DNA of 64,000 nt from an uncultured Alphaproteobacteria bacterium (GCA_934254675.1 CAKQLP010000002.1:15731-79730); one strand, 5' to 3'; shown: positions 20,499 to 31,908, counted from the stretch's first letter. The notes: generated by a model not told the origin, from the letters alone. Numbers and translations: made by a program.

Positions 20499-21821
20499 AT
20501 GATGTCGCGTATGATTGATATGATGCCGGAAATAAAAGAATATACTGTCAGCGAAATTTCTGCCGCTATTAAAAAGTTGGTGGAAAATTCGTTTGCGTTT
20601 GTACGCGTTAAAGGCGAAATTTTTGGAGCTAAACGCGCGGATTCCGGCCATTGGTATTTATCGCTGAAAGATGAAAATTCGTTGCTTGCCGCTGTTTGTT
20701 GGCGCGGTGTGGCAAATACTCTGCCGCTGAAAATTGAAGACGGCATAGAAGTAATTGCCAGTGGGCGCATTACCACTTTTAACGGGCGTTCATCGTATCA
20801 ATTGGTGATAGAAAAACTGGAAATTGCCGGCGAAGGGGCGTTGCTGAAACTTTTGGAAGAGCGCAAACAAAAGTTTTTGGCCGAAGGGCTGTTTGCGCAA
20901 GAACATAAAAAGCCTATTCCTTATTTGCCGCAAACAATCGGGGTGATTACCAGTCCAACCGGTGCGGTTATCCGAGATATTATCCATCGGGTGCGTGATC
21001 GTTTTCCTACTCGAATTATCGTGTGGCCGACGCCGGTACAGGGTGAGGGAGCGGCGGAGAAGATAGCCGCAGCCATAAAAGGCTTTAATGCGTTGCCTTT
21101 AGGTGACAAAAATCGTCCGGATGTGTTGATTGTGGCGCGCGGTGGCGGTAGTTTGGAAGATTTGTGGCCGTTTAATGAAGAAGTTGTGGTGCGGGCGGTG
21201 TATGATTCTGTTATTCCGTTGATTTCGGCGGTGGGACATGAAACCGACACCATGCTTATTGACTATGCGGCGGATTTGCGTGCGCCGACTCCGACCGGTG
21301 CGGCAGAATTGGCGGTTCCGGTAAAAAAAGATATATACAATACCTTGCTGACGGCGGATTTGCGCATGCAAAACGCAGTTACGCGCTATATGAATGAATT
21401 TAAGCAATATGTGGAGGCGTTGGGACGTGGAATTCCGCCGTTGGAGCAGTTAATACTGGAAAATCAGCAAAAAATAGATGATAGAAGCGAACGGTTGAAA
21501 TTGGCGTTTGCAAATTTGCTAAAAGATAAAGATAATTTGTTAAAATTGACGAATTTGAAACCTTTTTATATTAAGAATCTGCTGGAAGTCAAAAATGAAA
21601 AACTGAAGAATTTGGCTTTACGATTGGATTCAGTCTCGGTGGAATCAGTGCTGAAACGTGGATTTGCTTGGGTTTCGGACGGACAATTTAAAACGTTGTA
21701 TTCCGCTACGCAAGCCAAACGCTGTGATGAGTTGCATATTCGATTTGTAGATGGAATCGTAAAAGTAAAAATGATGGAGAAACACAATGCCGTTCAAGGC
21801 GATTTGTTTGACAATTTGTAG
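20499..21821 (+). CDS. xseA: exodeoxyribonuclease VII large subunit
   Basis: OB-fold N-terminus (VRVKGEI.....SGHWYLSLKDE) and a central XseA catalytic region. The true start may be the internal ATG at 20520. Confidence 0.85.
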   Translation: MMSRMIDMMPEIKEYTVSEISAAIKKLVENSFAFVRVKGEIFGAKRADSGHWYLSLKDENSLLAAVCWRGVANTLPLKIEDGIEVIASGRITTFNGRSSYQLVIEKLEIAGEGALLKLLEERKQKFLAEGLFAQEHKKPIPYLPQTIGVITSPTGAVIRDIIHRVRDRFPTRIIVWPTPVQGEGAAEKIAAAIKGFNALPLGDKNRPDVLIVARGGGSLEDLWPFNEEVVVRAVYDSVIPLISAVGHETDTMLIDYAADLRAPTPTGAAELAVPVKKDIYNTLLTADLRMQNAVTRYMNEFKQYVEALGRGIPPLEQLILENQQKIDDRSERLKLAFANLLKDKDNLLKLTNLKPFYIKNLLEVKNEKLKNLALRLDSVSVESVLKRGFAWVSDGQFKTLYSATQAKRCDELHIRFVDGIVKVKMMEKHNAVQGDLFDNL

Positions 21822-22620
21822 TTTGTTGGCGGCTATACCGGCCAAGGCTTTGACAATGTGCGGAGCGGCTCAGCAGGGCGGAATTATTCGGCTACAAGAT
21901 GAAAATTTGGCCGAGGTTAAGCTAAACGGCAAAACGTATAACGCAGATAAAAACGGCGAACTGGCAATTGCTTTTGGCCGTGACGCCGAATTGCAACAGC
22001 CACTGAAAATTTTTTATAAAGACGGCTCAATGCAAACTTATAATTTGCAGATAGCCCAAATAAAATGGGATGTGCAAAAAGTTGATGGTTTGCCGACTTC
22101 TAAAGTTGCTCCGGCGCAAACCGATTGGGCGGCTATTCAAAAAGAGCAAAAAGACGTGGGCGGCGCGCTGAATGAATTTAGCGTGTCGGATAACTGGAAA
22201 GCCGATATGTTGAAGCCGGCGGAAGGACGTACCAGCGGAAATTTTGGCGGACAGCGCATTATGAACGGACAAAAGAAAAATCCGCATCAAGGGTGGGATA
22301 TTGCTGTGCCGGAGGGAACAGAAATTAAATCTCCGGCCGACGGAATGGTTACTTTAAGCGACGGGCCATATTTTTATAGCGGCAATGTGGTGGTTTTGGA
22401 ACACGGACAAAACTTGAGCACGGTTTATGCGCATTTGCAAAAAACTTTGGTGCACACCGGCGATAAAGTGCAAAAAGGACAGATTATCGGTTTGGCTGGT
22501 AAAACCGGCAGAGCGACCGGACCGCATTTGCATTGGGGAGCTTCACTGAATGGCGTGCGTTTTGACGCCAAAAATCTGTTGAATTTTTATAATAAAGACT
22601 GCAAAATAATAGAGGATTAA
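21787..22620 (+). CDS. M23 family metallopeptidase (secreted)
   Basis: Signal peptide. HxxxD and HLHW motifs (GWDIAVPEGT..., PHLHWGASLNG). Confidence 0.75.
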   Translation: MPFKAICLTICSLLAAIPAKALTMCGAAQQGGIIRLQDENLAEVKLNGKTYNADKNGELAIAFGRDAELQQPLKIFYKDGSMQTYNLQIAQIKWDVQKVDGLPTSKVAPAQTDWAAIQKEQKDVGGALNEFSVSDNWKADMLKPAEGRTSGNFGGQRIMNGQKKNPHQGWDIAVPEGTEIKSPADGMVTLSDGPYFYSGNVVVLEHGQNLSTVYAHLQKTLVHTGDKVQKGQIIGLAGKTGRATGPHLHWGASLNGVRFDAKNLLNFYNKDCKIIED

Positions 22621-22621
22621 A

Positions 22622-23452
22622 ATGACTACTTTCCATTTGACAATGTTGGCTTTGCTACAAGGAATTACTGAATTTTTGCCAGTGAGTTCCTCTGGGCATC
22701 TGATTTTGTTTTCTAAATTTACGACCTTTCCTGATCAAGGGTTGGAAATTGACGTAGCCTTGCATATTGGCTCGGTTATCGCTGTTATGATTTATTTTTG
22801 GCGAGATATTTGGTATATGGCGGTTGGGGTTGCTAAAAGCAGATTACTGCCGGATTTTAAAATATATGGCAGTAAAATGTTTTATTTGGTGCTGATAGCA
22901 ACCATTCCGGCACTTCTTTGCGGAGCGGCTTTAAAGTTTATGGGAACGGAAGAACTTCGCAGTACAAAGCTTATCGGGTGGAATATACTGTTGTATGGCT
23001 TGTTGCTGTGGGTTATTGATAAAATGTCGCTTACGGCTTTGAAAATCCGTAATTTAGAAGTTAAAGACGCGATTTTAATCGGCTTGGCGCAATGCTTAGC
23101 TTTGCTTCCTGGGACAAGCCGCTCGGGCATAACCATTACAATGGGAAGATTTTTGGGCTTGGAACGACGCGAAGCAGCTAAATTTTCTATGTTGCTGTCT
23201 ATTCCGACAATTATCGCCGCCGGCTTGGTCGAAGGCTATGAAATATGGCAAAGCGGTGATGTTGGACTGATTTTGAGAGCTTGCGATGGAGTGCTTTATT
23301 CATTTGGCTTTTCGCTATTGGCTATATTTGTACTGATGCAATGGCTCAAAAAATGGTCGTTTTTTCCGTTTGTTTTATATCGTGTGGCTTTGGGGACGGC
23401 CTTGCTTTTGGACGCTTATGGAATTTATGATGTCAAAGCGTTGTTTGCTTAA
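22622..23452 (+). CDS. uppP: undecaprenyl-diphosphate phosphatase
   Basis: BacA/UppP motifs: LLQGITEFLPVSSSGHL and GTSRSGITIT. Confidence 0.85.
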   Translation: MTTFHLTMLALLQGITEFLPVSSSGHLILFSKFTTFPDQGLEIDVALHIGSVIAVMIYFWRDIWYMAVGVAKSRLLPDFKIYGSKMFYLVLIATIPALLCGAALKFMGTEELRSTKLIGWNILLYGLLLWVIDKMSLTALKIRNLEVKDAILIGLAQCLALLPGTSRSGITITMGRFLGLERREAAKFSMLLSIPTIIAAGLVEGYEIWQSGDVGLILRACDGVLYSFGFSLLAIFVLMQWLKKWSFFPFVLYRVALGTALLLDAYGIYDVKALFA

Positions 23453-23502
23453 AAACATCTTGACAAGAAAATAAAATACGTCTATAAGTTTTGCTGTTAA
23501 AT

Positions 23503-23589
23503 GCTCTGGTGGCGGAATTGGTAGACGCGCATGCTTCAGGTGCATGTGGGAGGTCTCCCGTGGAGGTTCAAGTCCTCTTCAGAGCACCA
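23503..23589 (+). tRNA. tRNA-Leu (anticodon CAG), type II with long variable arm
   Basis: Hand-folded cloverleaf: 7-bp acceptor stem, anticodon loop TTCAGGT, T-loop GTTCAAGTC, 3' ACCA. Closely parallels E. coli tRNA-Leu(CAG). Confidence 0.9.
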
Positions 23590-23640
23590 TTTTTAGCTCC
23601 TTGCAATAAAGGGGCTTTTTTATTTTATTAGGTTGTTAAC

Positions 23641-24642
23641 ATGGAAAAAGAAACTGCGGCAGAACAACTTTTAAAATGGTATGATAAAAACGGCAGAAAT
23701 TTGCCGTGGCGCGTTAAAGGAGGGGCTCATCCCAGTCCGTATGTTATTTTAGTTTCAGAGTTAATGCTTCAACAAACAACGGTTAAAACTGTGATACCGT
23801 ATTTTGAAAAATTTATGAAGCGTTTTCCAACGATAAAAGATTTAGCAATTGCGGATGAAGAAGAAGTTTTGCAATATTGGCAAGGATTGGGATATTATTC
23901 GCGAGCCCGTTCTTTACATAAAACGGCGCAGATGATTTTTGAAAAATATAATGGAATTTTTCCTCAGAAAAAAGTCGATGTTCTAAAGTTAAAAGGAATT
24001 GGTCCTTATACGGCCGCAAGCTTTTTAGCACTGGCGTTTAATTTGCCGGAAACTGTGGTGGATGGAAATGTTGTTCGGATTGTTTGCAGATTGTTTCATC
24101 TTACCCAGCCTGTGAATCAAATAAAAGATATTATTCGGCAAAAAGCGGAGAGCTTAAACCAAACATCTCGTGCCGCGGATTATTCTTCGGCGATTATGGA
24201 TTTGGGCGCGTTAATCTGTACGCCAAAAAATCCGCAATGCTTGTTATGTCCATGGCAAGATTTGTGCCAATCTAAAAATGAGTTGGATTTAGAGCAAATT
24301 CCAAAAATTGAAAAAATTATAAAAAAAGAGCAAAAAGCTAAAGTTTTTGTGATTGTAAACAACAAAAACGAGTTATTTATTCGTAAGAGAATGGAAAAAG
24401 GTTTGCTTTTTGGCATGTATGAATTTCCATGGGGTGAAAATGTGGAATTTGCCAATGCTCAAGACAGTGGATTAACTGTAACGCATGTATTTACACATAT
24501 AAAGTTGGTTTTGCAAATTTACACATTGAAATCAGAAAATGTCGAAATGAATGGAAATTTTACTTCAAAAGATAATCTAAAAAATTATCCGATGTCAACT
24601 TTAATGAAAAAAGTTTTAAAAATGTGGAGTGAAAAATGTTAA
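23641..24642 (+). CDS. mutY: A/G-specific adenine DNA glycosylase
   Basis: HhH-GPD motif region (LKGIGPYTAASFLALAF) and 4Fe-4S cluster cysteines (C..P.C..CPW...C), plus a C-terminal NUDIX-like domain. Confidence 0.85.
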   Translation: MEKETAAEQLLKWYDKNGRNLPWRVKGGAHPSPYVILVSELMLQQTTVKTVIPYFEKFMKRFPTIKDLAIADEEEVLQYWQGLGYYSRARSLHKTAQMIFEKYNGIFPQKKVDVLKLKGIGPYTAASFLALAFNLPETVVDGNVVRIVCRLFHLTQPVNQIKDIIRQKAESLNQTSRAADYSSAIMDLGALICTPKNPQCLLCPWQDLCQSKNELDLEQIPKIEKIIKKEQKAKVFVIVNNKNELFIRKRMEKGLLFGMYEFPWGENVEFANAQDSGLTVTHVFTHIKLVLQIYTLKSENVEMNGNFTSKDNLKNYPMSTLMKKVLKMWSEKC

Positions 24643-24813
24643 AGTATATAGATTATAAAAAGGATAGTTTATCCTAAAATTGTAAATGAGGAAAACAACG
24701 AACTTTATGATTTGATGAAAGAAGTTTTTCGCTGATAGTTTGATTTAGAGTTAAATAGAGCCTCTTGTTAATGACGACAAGAGTTTTTTTATATTTATTA
24801 GGGAGAAAAATAG

Positions 24814-25410
24814 ATGATATATGGATATGTAAGAGTCTCGACAGATAAGCAAACATTGGAAAATCAAAAGTTTGAAATTAATAATTTTTGTCAGAATGAA
24901 AAAATTAAAGTTGAAAAGTGGGTAACAGAAACCATTAGCGGAACTAAAGATTTTGAAAAACGAAAACTTGGAAAATTACTAAAAAAGCTCAGAAAAGATG
25001 ATATTTTGATATGTTCTGAAATTTCACGTTTAGGACGTAATTTGCTGCAAATCATGACAATACTTAATTTTTGCATGAAAAAGGAAGCGCAGGTTTGGAC
25101 AATTAAAGATAATTATCGATTAGGTGTTGATATTCAAAGCAAAGTGCTGGCTTTTGCATTTTCGTTATCGGCAGAAATAGAACGAAATTTGATTAGTCAA
25201 AGAACAAAGGAAGCTTTGGCTCGACTCAAGGCCAATGGCCAAAAGTTGGGTCGAGTTTTGGGAAGCAAAAATAAGAAGCATATTTTAGACGGCAAAGAGC
25301 AAAGTGTTTTGCAGCTTATAAACAAAGGTGTTCCTAAAACTAAAGTGGCAAGAATACATGGTGTTAGTGTTTACACAATCTATAAATTTTTAAAAAATAG
25401 CTATAAATAA
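24814..25410 (+). CDS. small serine recombinase (resolvase/DNA invertase family)
   Basis: N-terminal catalytic motif MIYGYVRVSTDKQ.. and a C-terminal HTH (VARIHGVSVYTIYKFLK). 198 aa. Confidence 0.8.
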   Translation: MIYGYVRVSTDKQTLENQKFEINNFCQNEKIKVEKWVTETISGTKDFEKRKLGKLLKKLRKDDILICSEISRLGRNLLQIMTILNFCMKKEAQVWTIKDNYRLGVDIQSKVLAFAFSLSAEIERNLISQRTKEALARLKANGQKLGRVLGSKNKKHILDGKEQSVLQLINKGVPKTKVARIHGVSVYTIYKFLKNSYK

Positions 25411-25449
25411 AAAAAAAATCGAAGATGCAATCTCCGATTTTTTTTATAT

Positions 25450-25525
<76 letters not shown>

Positions 25526-25626
25526 ATGAACAGTTAAGACGTACACTTGATAACATAAAGACCTCAGCTTGTCAATATAATTTTAATAAATATTTTGTCA
25601 AAATAATATTTTTTAGAAAATATTGT

Positions 25627-26256
25627 TTAATTGTCAAACGGCGGTGCCATATCTGATGAATTAAAATTTATATGTTTCAGATAATTATACAGTGTTTTAC
25701 GATTACAGTTTAATATTTGAGCAATTTTGCTTTTAGGGGTATTATTTTTTAATAAAAGAAAAATTTTGTGATTGTGAGAATCTAGGATATGCCTATTGTT
25801 TTTACGTCCCGAAGGGCGGCCGAGCGGATGTCCTTCATTACGAAGTCGGTTTAAGGCTTCTTTGGTTCGTTGGCTAATAAGATTTCTTTCTATTTCAGCG
25901 GATAAGCCAAATGCAAACGCCAACACTTTACTTTGGATGTCAGAACCTAATCGGTAATTATCTTTAATTGTCCAAATAAGGACGCCTTTATTTAAACAAA
26001 AATTTAGAATGCTCATAACTTGAAAAAGGTTTCGACCTAATCTGGACAGTTCCGAAGCTATAAGAATATCTTTTTCTGAAAGTGTTTGGAGTAAGTTTCC
26101 TAATTTTCGTTTGTTTAATTCTTGAGTTGCGCTAATTGTTTCCATAATCCATCGGTCTATTTTTATTTTTTCTTTTTTGCAAAATTTTTCGATTTCATAT
26201 TTTTGATTTTTTGTAGTTTGCTTATCTGTGCTGACGCGAATATAACCATATATCAT
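25627..26256 (-). CDS. small serine recombinase (resolvase/DNA invertase family), paralog of 24814..25410
   Basis: MIYGYIRVSTDKQ.. catalytic N-terminus. Roughly 60-65% aa identity to the neighbouring recombinase, with a C-terminal HTH. Confidence 0.8.
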   Translation of the reverse strand: MIYGYIRVSTDKQTTKNQKYEIEKFCKKEKIKIDRWIMETISATQELNKRKLGNLLQTLSEKDILIASELSRLGRNLFQVMSILNFCLNKGVLIWTIKDNYRLGSDIQSKVLAFAFGLSAEIERNLISQRTKEALNRLRNEGHPLGRPSGRKNNRHILDSHNHKIFLLLKNNTPKSKIAQILNCNRKTLYNYLKHINFNSSDMAPPFDN

Positions 26257-26403
26257 GACTGTTTTCCCCAGTGGTCGTTTTTGTTGAAAAGAATAAAATT
26301 AAAATGTTTTTGATTGTTTACAAAGCAAACAACAAGCTTGTAAATAGTCAAAACAATGCTTATCATTTTTCTGTTTAATATCTTTATCCATTGGAGAAAA
26401 CAA

Positions 26404-29400
26404 ATGAAGCTCAAACTGAATAAAAGACAATTGTTTTATGGATTGTTTATTACTGTATCTGTGATTGCGGGAGTTCTCACAGGCGTTTATTTTAGCGGTG
26501 AATATATTTTGGGTAAGGATAAACTGGAAATTGCTAAAATCGGCAAGATAGATGTTCCGGCACCAACTAACTACGGAGAAAACGGAACAGTTTATCCTCA
26601 GCCTTTGTCCGTGACTTTTAATACTTCTGTGGCGGCTTTGGATAAAATAGGGCAGAATATAAAAAACGGCATAAATATTCAGCCTGATATCCGAGGCAGT
26701 TGGCAATGGATTAGCGGTGATTGCTTAATATTTACACCGGAAACGGATTGGTTGCCGAACACGTCATATAAAGTGACGATGAGTAAAAAAATTTTTAGTC
26801 CGCAAATCAAAATTGACAGTTATGACTTTCGTTTTAATTCTCCGGAATTTGTAGGAAATGTTATTGCTTCGGATTTTTATGAAGATCCACGGGAACTAAA
26901 AAACAAATCGGTTACAGCCAGTTTTAAATTTACATATCCGTTGGATATAAAGGATTTGAAAAAAAATATTCAAATAAAAACCGTTGGCGGAGAAGATTAT
27001 GATTTTGATTATAAGCTGGAAGAACATAACACAGTTCTGCATATAGTTTCAAAACCTGTAAAAATTAAAGATGAAGAAGATTTTGCTAAAATAAATATTC
27101 AAAAATTGGGCAATGCGTATAATCAAAAATTGTTGAAAAACACATTGGAAACAACGGTTAAGATTCCAAGCAGCACGACTTTTTTTAAAATTAAAAGGAT
27201 TTTTTCTGAAATTGTTAGAAATCCTCAAAAAAATAATAATCCCGAACAAATTTTAACGGTTGAGTTTACAACAGCGGTTAACCAAGAAGAATTGGCTCAA
27301 GCATTAAAGTTAAAATATTCAAAAGAAGATTGCTCGGTTTTGAGAGAAAAATTGTCTAAAAATCAGATTTCCGAAACGGAAGATTTAAATTTAGAAAATG
27401 TTTCTCAAACTCAAACAGATGCAAAAACTCAAATGTTTAAATATGACAGTTTTGAAAATAAAGGCTGTTTGCTGGCTTTAATAGACAATAATTTAACGTC
27501 GATTGAAGGATTTAAACTGGGAAAAGAAGACTCTGTGTCCGCAACGGCGGTTAACATGGCTTTTTATCCTCTGGAAGCTGATATGGCGTTTGACGGTGCA
27601 ATCCTTTCTTTGCAAGGCAGTAGAAAAATTGGCTTTATATCCAGAGGAGTTAAAGAATTGGATGTGGATATTGCCAGAATTAAAGAAAGTGATTTGAATC
27701 ATTTAGTTACACAAACTTATGGAAATTTTGAAAAACCGAATTTTGAATATTATAATTTTTCTGAAGAAGATATTGCTGAGATTTTTCATAAAAAATTACC
27801 TATAATTTCAAAAAATCCGGCGGAAGCGAATTATTCATCTTTGGACTTAAATGAATATTTAGAAAATAGGAAAGGTGTGTTTTTGCTATCTATTTATGGT
27901 AAAAACGGACAAAAATCGAGTTATAAAAATCGACGTTTATTGTTAATGACTGATTTGGGAATTGTGGTGAAAGATAATGTTGATAAAACTCATGATGTTT
28001 TTGTTTCTAATATTGCTTTGGAACAGCCTGTTGTCGGCGCCGATGTTCAAGTTTTAGGAAAAAATGGTCAGCCGGTGCTGACAGCTGTCACAGATAAAAA
28101 CGGGGTGGCAAAATTAGGCGATTTTTCAGCATTTACAAATGAAAAATCAGCAGTTGTTTATAAGGTTATAAAAGATGGGGATATTTCTTTTTTGCCTATT
28201 AATAAAGAAGACCGAATGCTGAATATGTCGCGTTTTGATGTTGGCGGAGACTATATAGACAGTGGTAATGATGCGCAAAATTCATTAAAAGGGTATATTT
28301 TCAGTGATAGAGGCGTTTATCGACCTTCGGAAACCGGACATTTGGGAATTTTGGTGCGTCAAGCAAATTTAACTATACCTCAGCAGCTTCCTTTGGATTT
28401 AATAATCCGCAAACCAAATGGTGAAATTTTTGCAACCCAGAAACTTTTGAGCAATGCCGATGGCTTTATGTCCTATGATTTTGTTTTGCCTGAAACGGTA
28501 TTGACAGGGGTGTATTCTGCCGAACTTTGGCTTAATGGAAAAGATAATCAGTCAATGTTTGTCGCTTATTCTTTTTTTAGAGTGGAAGAGTTTATGCCGG
28601 ACACCATGAAAATAAAAGCGGAAATTTCTCAAAGTTTTTCACAAGGATGGTATAATAATAAAACTTTAACGATTGACGCGGATTTGCAAAATTTATATGG
28701 AATTCCTGCGGCCGGCCATGTTTTACAAACAGAATACAATCTGATGCCGGTAGATTTTAGTTTTGAGTCCTATAAAGAATATAAATTCTGTAATCCTTAT
28801 CAGGAAAATAAAGTGAAAACGCTAAAGGATACTTTGCCTGATGTAAAAACAGATAGTGACGGAAAAGCTGAAATATCTATCAATTTGAGTGATTTTACAC
28901 AAGGAATGTACAAAATACATGTCAATATAGACGGTTTGGAAAACGGTGGAGCCCGTGGTGTTGGCACAAGCGTTTCAGCTTATGTTTCTCCGGCGGATTA
29001 TTTAATTGGCTGGAAAACCGATGGAAAACTGGACTATATTTATAAAGGGGCTGAACGAAAAGTAGATTTGATAGCTGTAAATAATGAACTGCAAACAATT
29101 GAACTGAAAAATCTGTCGCTGAAATTGATGAAAAAAAATTATGTGTCCGCATTGGTGGAGCAAAATAACGGAACATATCAATATCAAACAGTGTCTAAAG
29201 AAATATTGGTTAAAAAATCACCATTAATTATTTCAGCTTTAGGATTTAGTCAAAATTTGGAAACGTCGGAAGCAGGGGATTATGTTTTACTTGTTTGCGA
29301 TAATGTCAGCGGAAAAATTTTGGCCAAAATTGATTATTCTGTGTCTGGAGAAATGAATACGACGCAAAAAATAGATAAAAACACTCAATTGGGGGTAAAA

Positions 29401-31908
29401 CTTGATAAAAAAGAATACAATGCTGGTGAAACAATAAAAATGCAAATATCCGCGCCGTATCAGGGATATGGATTAATTACAATTGAACGCGACAGTGTAT
29501 ATGCTTATAAATGGTTTAAAATGGATAGTCTGACGAAAAATGAGGAAATTGTTTTGCCGAAGGATGTTGAGATAAACGCTTATGTCAATATAGCGGTATT
29601 TCGTTCTTTGAGTTCTTCAGATATTTATCTGTCTCCGCTAAGTTATGCAACAGTTCCATTCAGTATAAATAAGGAAAATAGAAAATTGGATATAGAGTTG
29701 GAGGTTCCGCAAAAAATTAAATCAGGCGGCGATTTACAGGTAAAATATAAAACAGCACAGGATGCTAAAATAATTATTTATGGCGTAAATGAAGGTATTT
29801 TGCAGGTGAGCCGATATAATATGCCGAATTTACTGGATATTTTTATGGCCAAAAGAGCGTTGCGAGTGATTACATCACAGATTATGGATTTAGTTATGCC
29901 AGATATTCGTTTTTTCCGCAATTTAAGTTCAAGCGGTGGAGATGGCGGCGAATCTGATGATTTTTTGAATCGAAATTTAAATCCATTTGCCCGTAAAACC
30001 GATAAGCCTGTTGCTTTTTGGAGCGGAATACTTCAAAGTGACGGCAATGAAAACGTGTATTCTTATCATGTTCCTGAAACATTTAACGGAAAAATAAAAA
30101 TTATGGCTGTGGCCGTGTCTAAAGATAAATTTGGCAGCGCAGATAAATCTGTTTTGGTTCAAAGCGACTTTGCGCTTGTTCCGTCAGGTCCATACAATGT
30201 GACGCCAAGCGATGAATTTATTGTCGGTTTGAGTGTTGGAAATCTTTTGGATAATTTGGATGATAAAGTTGCTGTAAATGTGTCATCAGAAGATGATTTT
30301 GAATTTGTGGGCGACACGCAACAAATTGTGAATTTACCAGCTCAAAAAGAAACGTTTTTGAACTTTCGTTTGAAAGCCGGACCAAAATTGGGGGCAAAAA
30401 CAATTTTATTTACTGTGCAAAGTCTAAGTGATGCAAGTCGAAAGGCTGTTATGCCGTTTAATTTAAGTGTTCGTTCCGCATCGCCTTATAGCAGTAAATT
30501 TGATATGGGATTGGCTAAATCTTCATATTCTCCGAGTGATGTTGAAAATATGTATGATGAATATCGTGTACAAAAAATATCGGCGTCTTCTTCACCTTTG
30601 GTTTTTGCGCAAGGATTGTTGCAGTATCTAAATAAATATCCGCATTATTGCACCGAACAAACGGTTAGCAAAATTTTTCCGGCAATGGAATTGTTTTTTA
30701 AATCTCCGGAACTATTAAACGGAATGGACGTTTACACGTTATTTGATGATGCAATGCGTGTTTTGCGGGAACGTCAAGCCATTAATGGTGGTTTCGCTTC
30801 TTGGAATAGTGACGTTTTAGACGTTAACACAAGAGATTCTTTATATGCCTCTCATTTTTTGGTTTTAGCCAAAAAACATGGATTTAATGTTCCTGAATAT
30901 ATGCTAAATTCCGCTTTATCTTATTGTGAAAGTGTTGCCGCGCTTCAGCCGAGTGATGAAAATGATATATATCCGGCGTATGCTTCCTATATTTTAACGT
31001 TGAATGGAAACATAACAACAAATTATTTGCTGAATTTGGAAGAATTTTATAAGGCGGAATTTGCCAAAGATTGGCAAAAAAATATAAGCACTGTCTTTTT
31101 GGCGGCAAGCTATAAACTTTTGCAAGATGAAAAACATGCTTCTTTATTGTTTGGGCAATATGAAGATACTTCAAATGCAACGGCAAACGCTATGAATATT
31201 TATCTGACAGCTAAGCATTTTCCGGAAAAAATGAAAACATTGACTAAAAATAGTGTAGAGCAATTATTAAAGCCTTTGTCTGAGGGAAATTTTACGACTT
31301 ATTCTGCTGGATGGTCCGTTTTGGCATTGAATGCGTTTAACCAAATGGAAAAAGATAAAGAAATTGAATTTTCTCCATTGAAATCCAAAGCAGATCCTTT
31401 TCCGACAATGTATTACACGCCAGAAACAAAGAATATAAAAGTTTCGGCTCCGTATCCTTTTTATTATGTAAATGCGCAGCAGGGTTTTTCAAAAAATTTG
31501 AACATAAAAGCTTATTCAAATGGATTGGAAGTGAGTAAAACATATTTTGATAGAAACGGGCAAATTGCAACGCATGCTAAACTGGGTGACGTTTTAACTG
31601 TTAAAGTAAATTATCGCAGTAATGATAAAGAACCTATATTTGATGTCGCTTTTGTTGATTTGTTTGCCGGATGCTTTGAAATGGTGGATAATTCTTTGGA
31701 AACCGGAAAAGATACAACCAACTCTGAAATTAGAGAAGACAGGGTAAATGTATATGCTCCGGCATTTGTGTATGAACAATCTTTCAGTTATAAAGTTAAA
31801 GTTGTTGCGGAAGGCACGTTTATTTTACCGGCGGTTTATGCTTCAGCAATGTACCAACCTTTGGCGCGTGCAAATTCCACTATGTCTAAGATAGTTGTCG
31901 GGGAATAA
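26404..31908 (+). CDS. alpha-2-macroglobulin family protein with intact CTEQ thioester
   Basis: About 1830 aa with an N-terminal signal-anchor and MG-domain-like repeats. Thioester motif YCTEQTVSK lies near the C-terminal third. Immediately followed by pbpC. Confidence 0.85.
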   Translation: MKLKLNKRQLFYGLFITVSVIAGVLTGVYFSGEYILGKDKLEIAKIGKIDVPAPTNYGENGTVYPQPLSVTFNTSVAALDKIGQNIKNGINIQPDIRGSWQWISGDCLIFTPETDWLPNTSYKVTMSKKIFSPQIKIDSYDFRFNSPEFVGNVIASDFYEDPRELKNKSVTASFKFTYPLDIKDLKKNIQIKTVGGEDYDFDYKLEEHNTVLHIVSKPVKIKDEEDFAKINIQKLGNAYNQKLLKNTLETTVKIPSSTTFFKIKRIFSEIVRNPQKNNNPEQILTVEFTTAVNQEELAQALKLKYSKEDCSVLREKLSKNQISETEDLNLENVSQTQTDAKTQMFKYDSFENKGCLLALIDNNLTSIEGFKLGKEDSVSATAVNMAFYPLEADMAFDGAILSLQGSRKIGFISRGVKELDVDIARIKESDLNHLVTQTYGNFEKPNFEYYNFSEEDIAEIFHKKLPIISKNPAEANYSSLDLNEYLENRKGVFLLSIYGKNGQKSSYKNRRLLLMTDLGIVVKDNVDKTHDVFVSNIALEQPVVGADVQVLGKNGQPVLTAVTDKNGVAKLGDFSAFTNEKSAVVYKVIKDGDISFLPINKEDRMLNMSRFDVGGDYIDSGNDAQNSLKGYIFSDRGVYRPSETGHLGILVRQANLTIPQQLPLDLIIRKPNGEIFATQKLLSNADGFMSYDFVLPETVLTGVYSAELWLNGKDNQSMFVAYSFFRVEEFMPDTMKIKAEISQSFSQGWYNNKTLTIDADLQNLYGIPAAGHVLQTEYNLMPVDFSFESYKEYKFCNPYQENKVKTLKDTLPDVKTDSDGKAEISINLSDFTQGMYKIHVNIDGLENGGARGVGTSVSAYVSPADYLIGWKTDGKLDYIYKGAERKVDLIAVNNELQTIELKNLSLKLMKKNYVSALVEQNNGTYQYQTVSKEILVKKSPLIISALGFSQNLETSEAGDYVLLVCDNVSGKILAKIDYSVSGEMNTTQKIDKNTQLGVKLDKKEYNAGETIKMQISAPYQGYGLITIERDSVYAYKWFKMDSLTKNEEIVLPKDVEINAYVNIAVFRSLSSSDIYLSPLSYATVPFSINKENRKLDIELEVPQKIKSGGDLQVKYKTAQDAKIIIYGVNEGILQVSRYNMPNLLDIFMAKRALRVITSQIMDLVMPDIRFFRNLSSSGGDGGESDDFLNRNLNPFARKTDKPVAFWSGILQSDGNENVYSYHVPETFNGKIKIMAVAVSKDKFGSADKSVLVQSDFALVPSGPYNVTPSDEFIVGLSVGNLLDNLDDKVAVNVSSEDDFEFVGDTQQIVNLPAQKETFLNFRLKAGPKLGAKTILFTVQSLSDASRKAVMPFNLSVRSASPYSSKFDMGLAKSSYSPSDVENMYDEYRVQKISASSSPLVFAQGLLQYLNKYPHYCTEQTVSKIFPAMELFFKSPELLNGMDVYTLFDDAMRVLRERQAINGGFASWNSDVLDVNTRDSLYASHFLVLAKKHGFNVPEYMLNSALSYCESVAALQPSDENDIYPAYASYILTLNGNITTNYLLNLEEFYKAEFAKDWQKNISTVFLAASYKLLQDEKHASLLFGQYEDTSNATANAMNIYLTAKHFPEKMKTLTKNSVEQLLKPLSEGNFTTYSAGWSVLALNAFNQMEKDKEIEFSPLKSKADPFPTMYYTPETKNIKVSAPYPFYYVNAQQGFSKNLNIKAYSNGLEVSKTYFDRNGQIATHAKLGDVLTVKVNYRSNDKEPIFDVAFVDLFAGCFEMVDNSLETGKDTTNSEIREDRVNVYAPAFVYEQSFSYKVKVVAEGTFILPAVYASAMYQPLARANSTMSKIVVGE

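Noticed and set aside
20921-21407. Arg-rich minus-strand ORFs inside xseA
   Set aside because: They are antisense shadow ORFs within a conserved XseA coding region.
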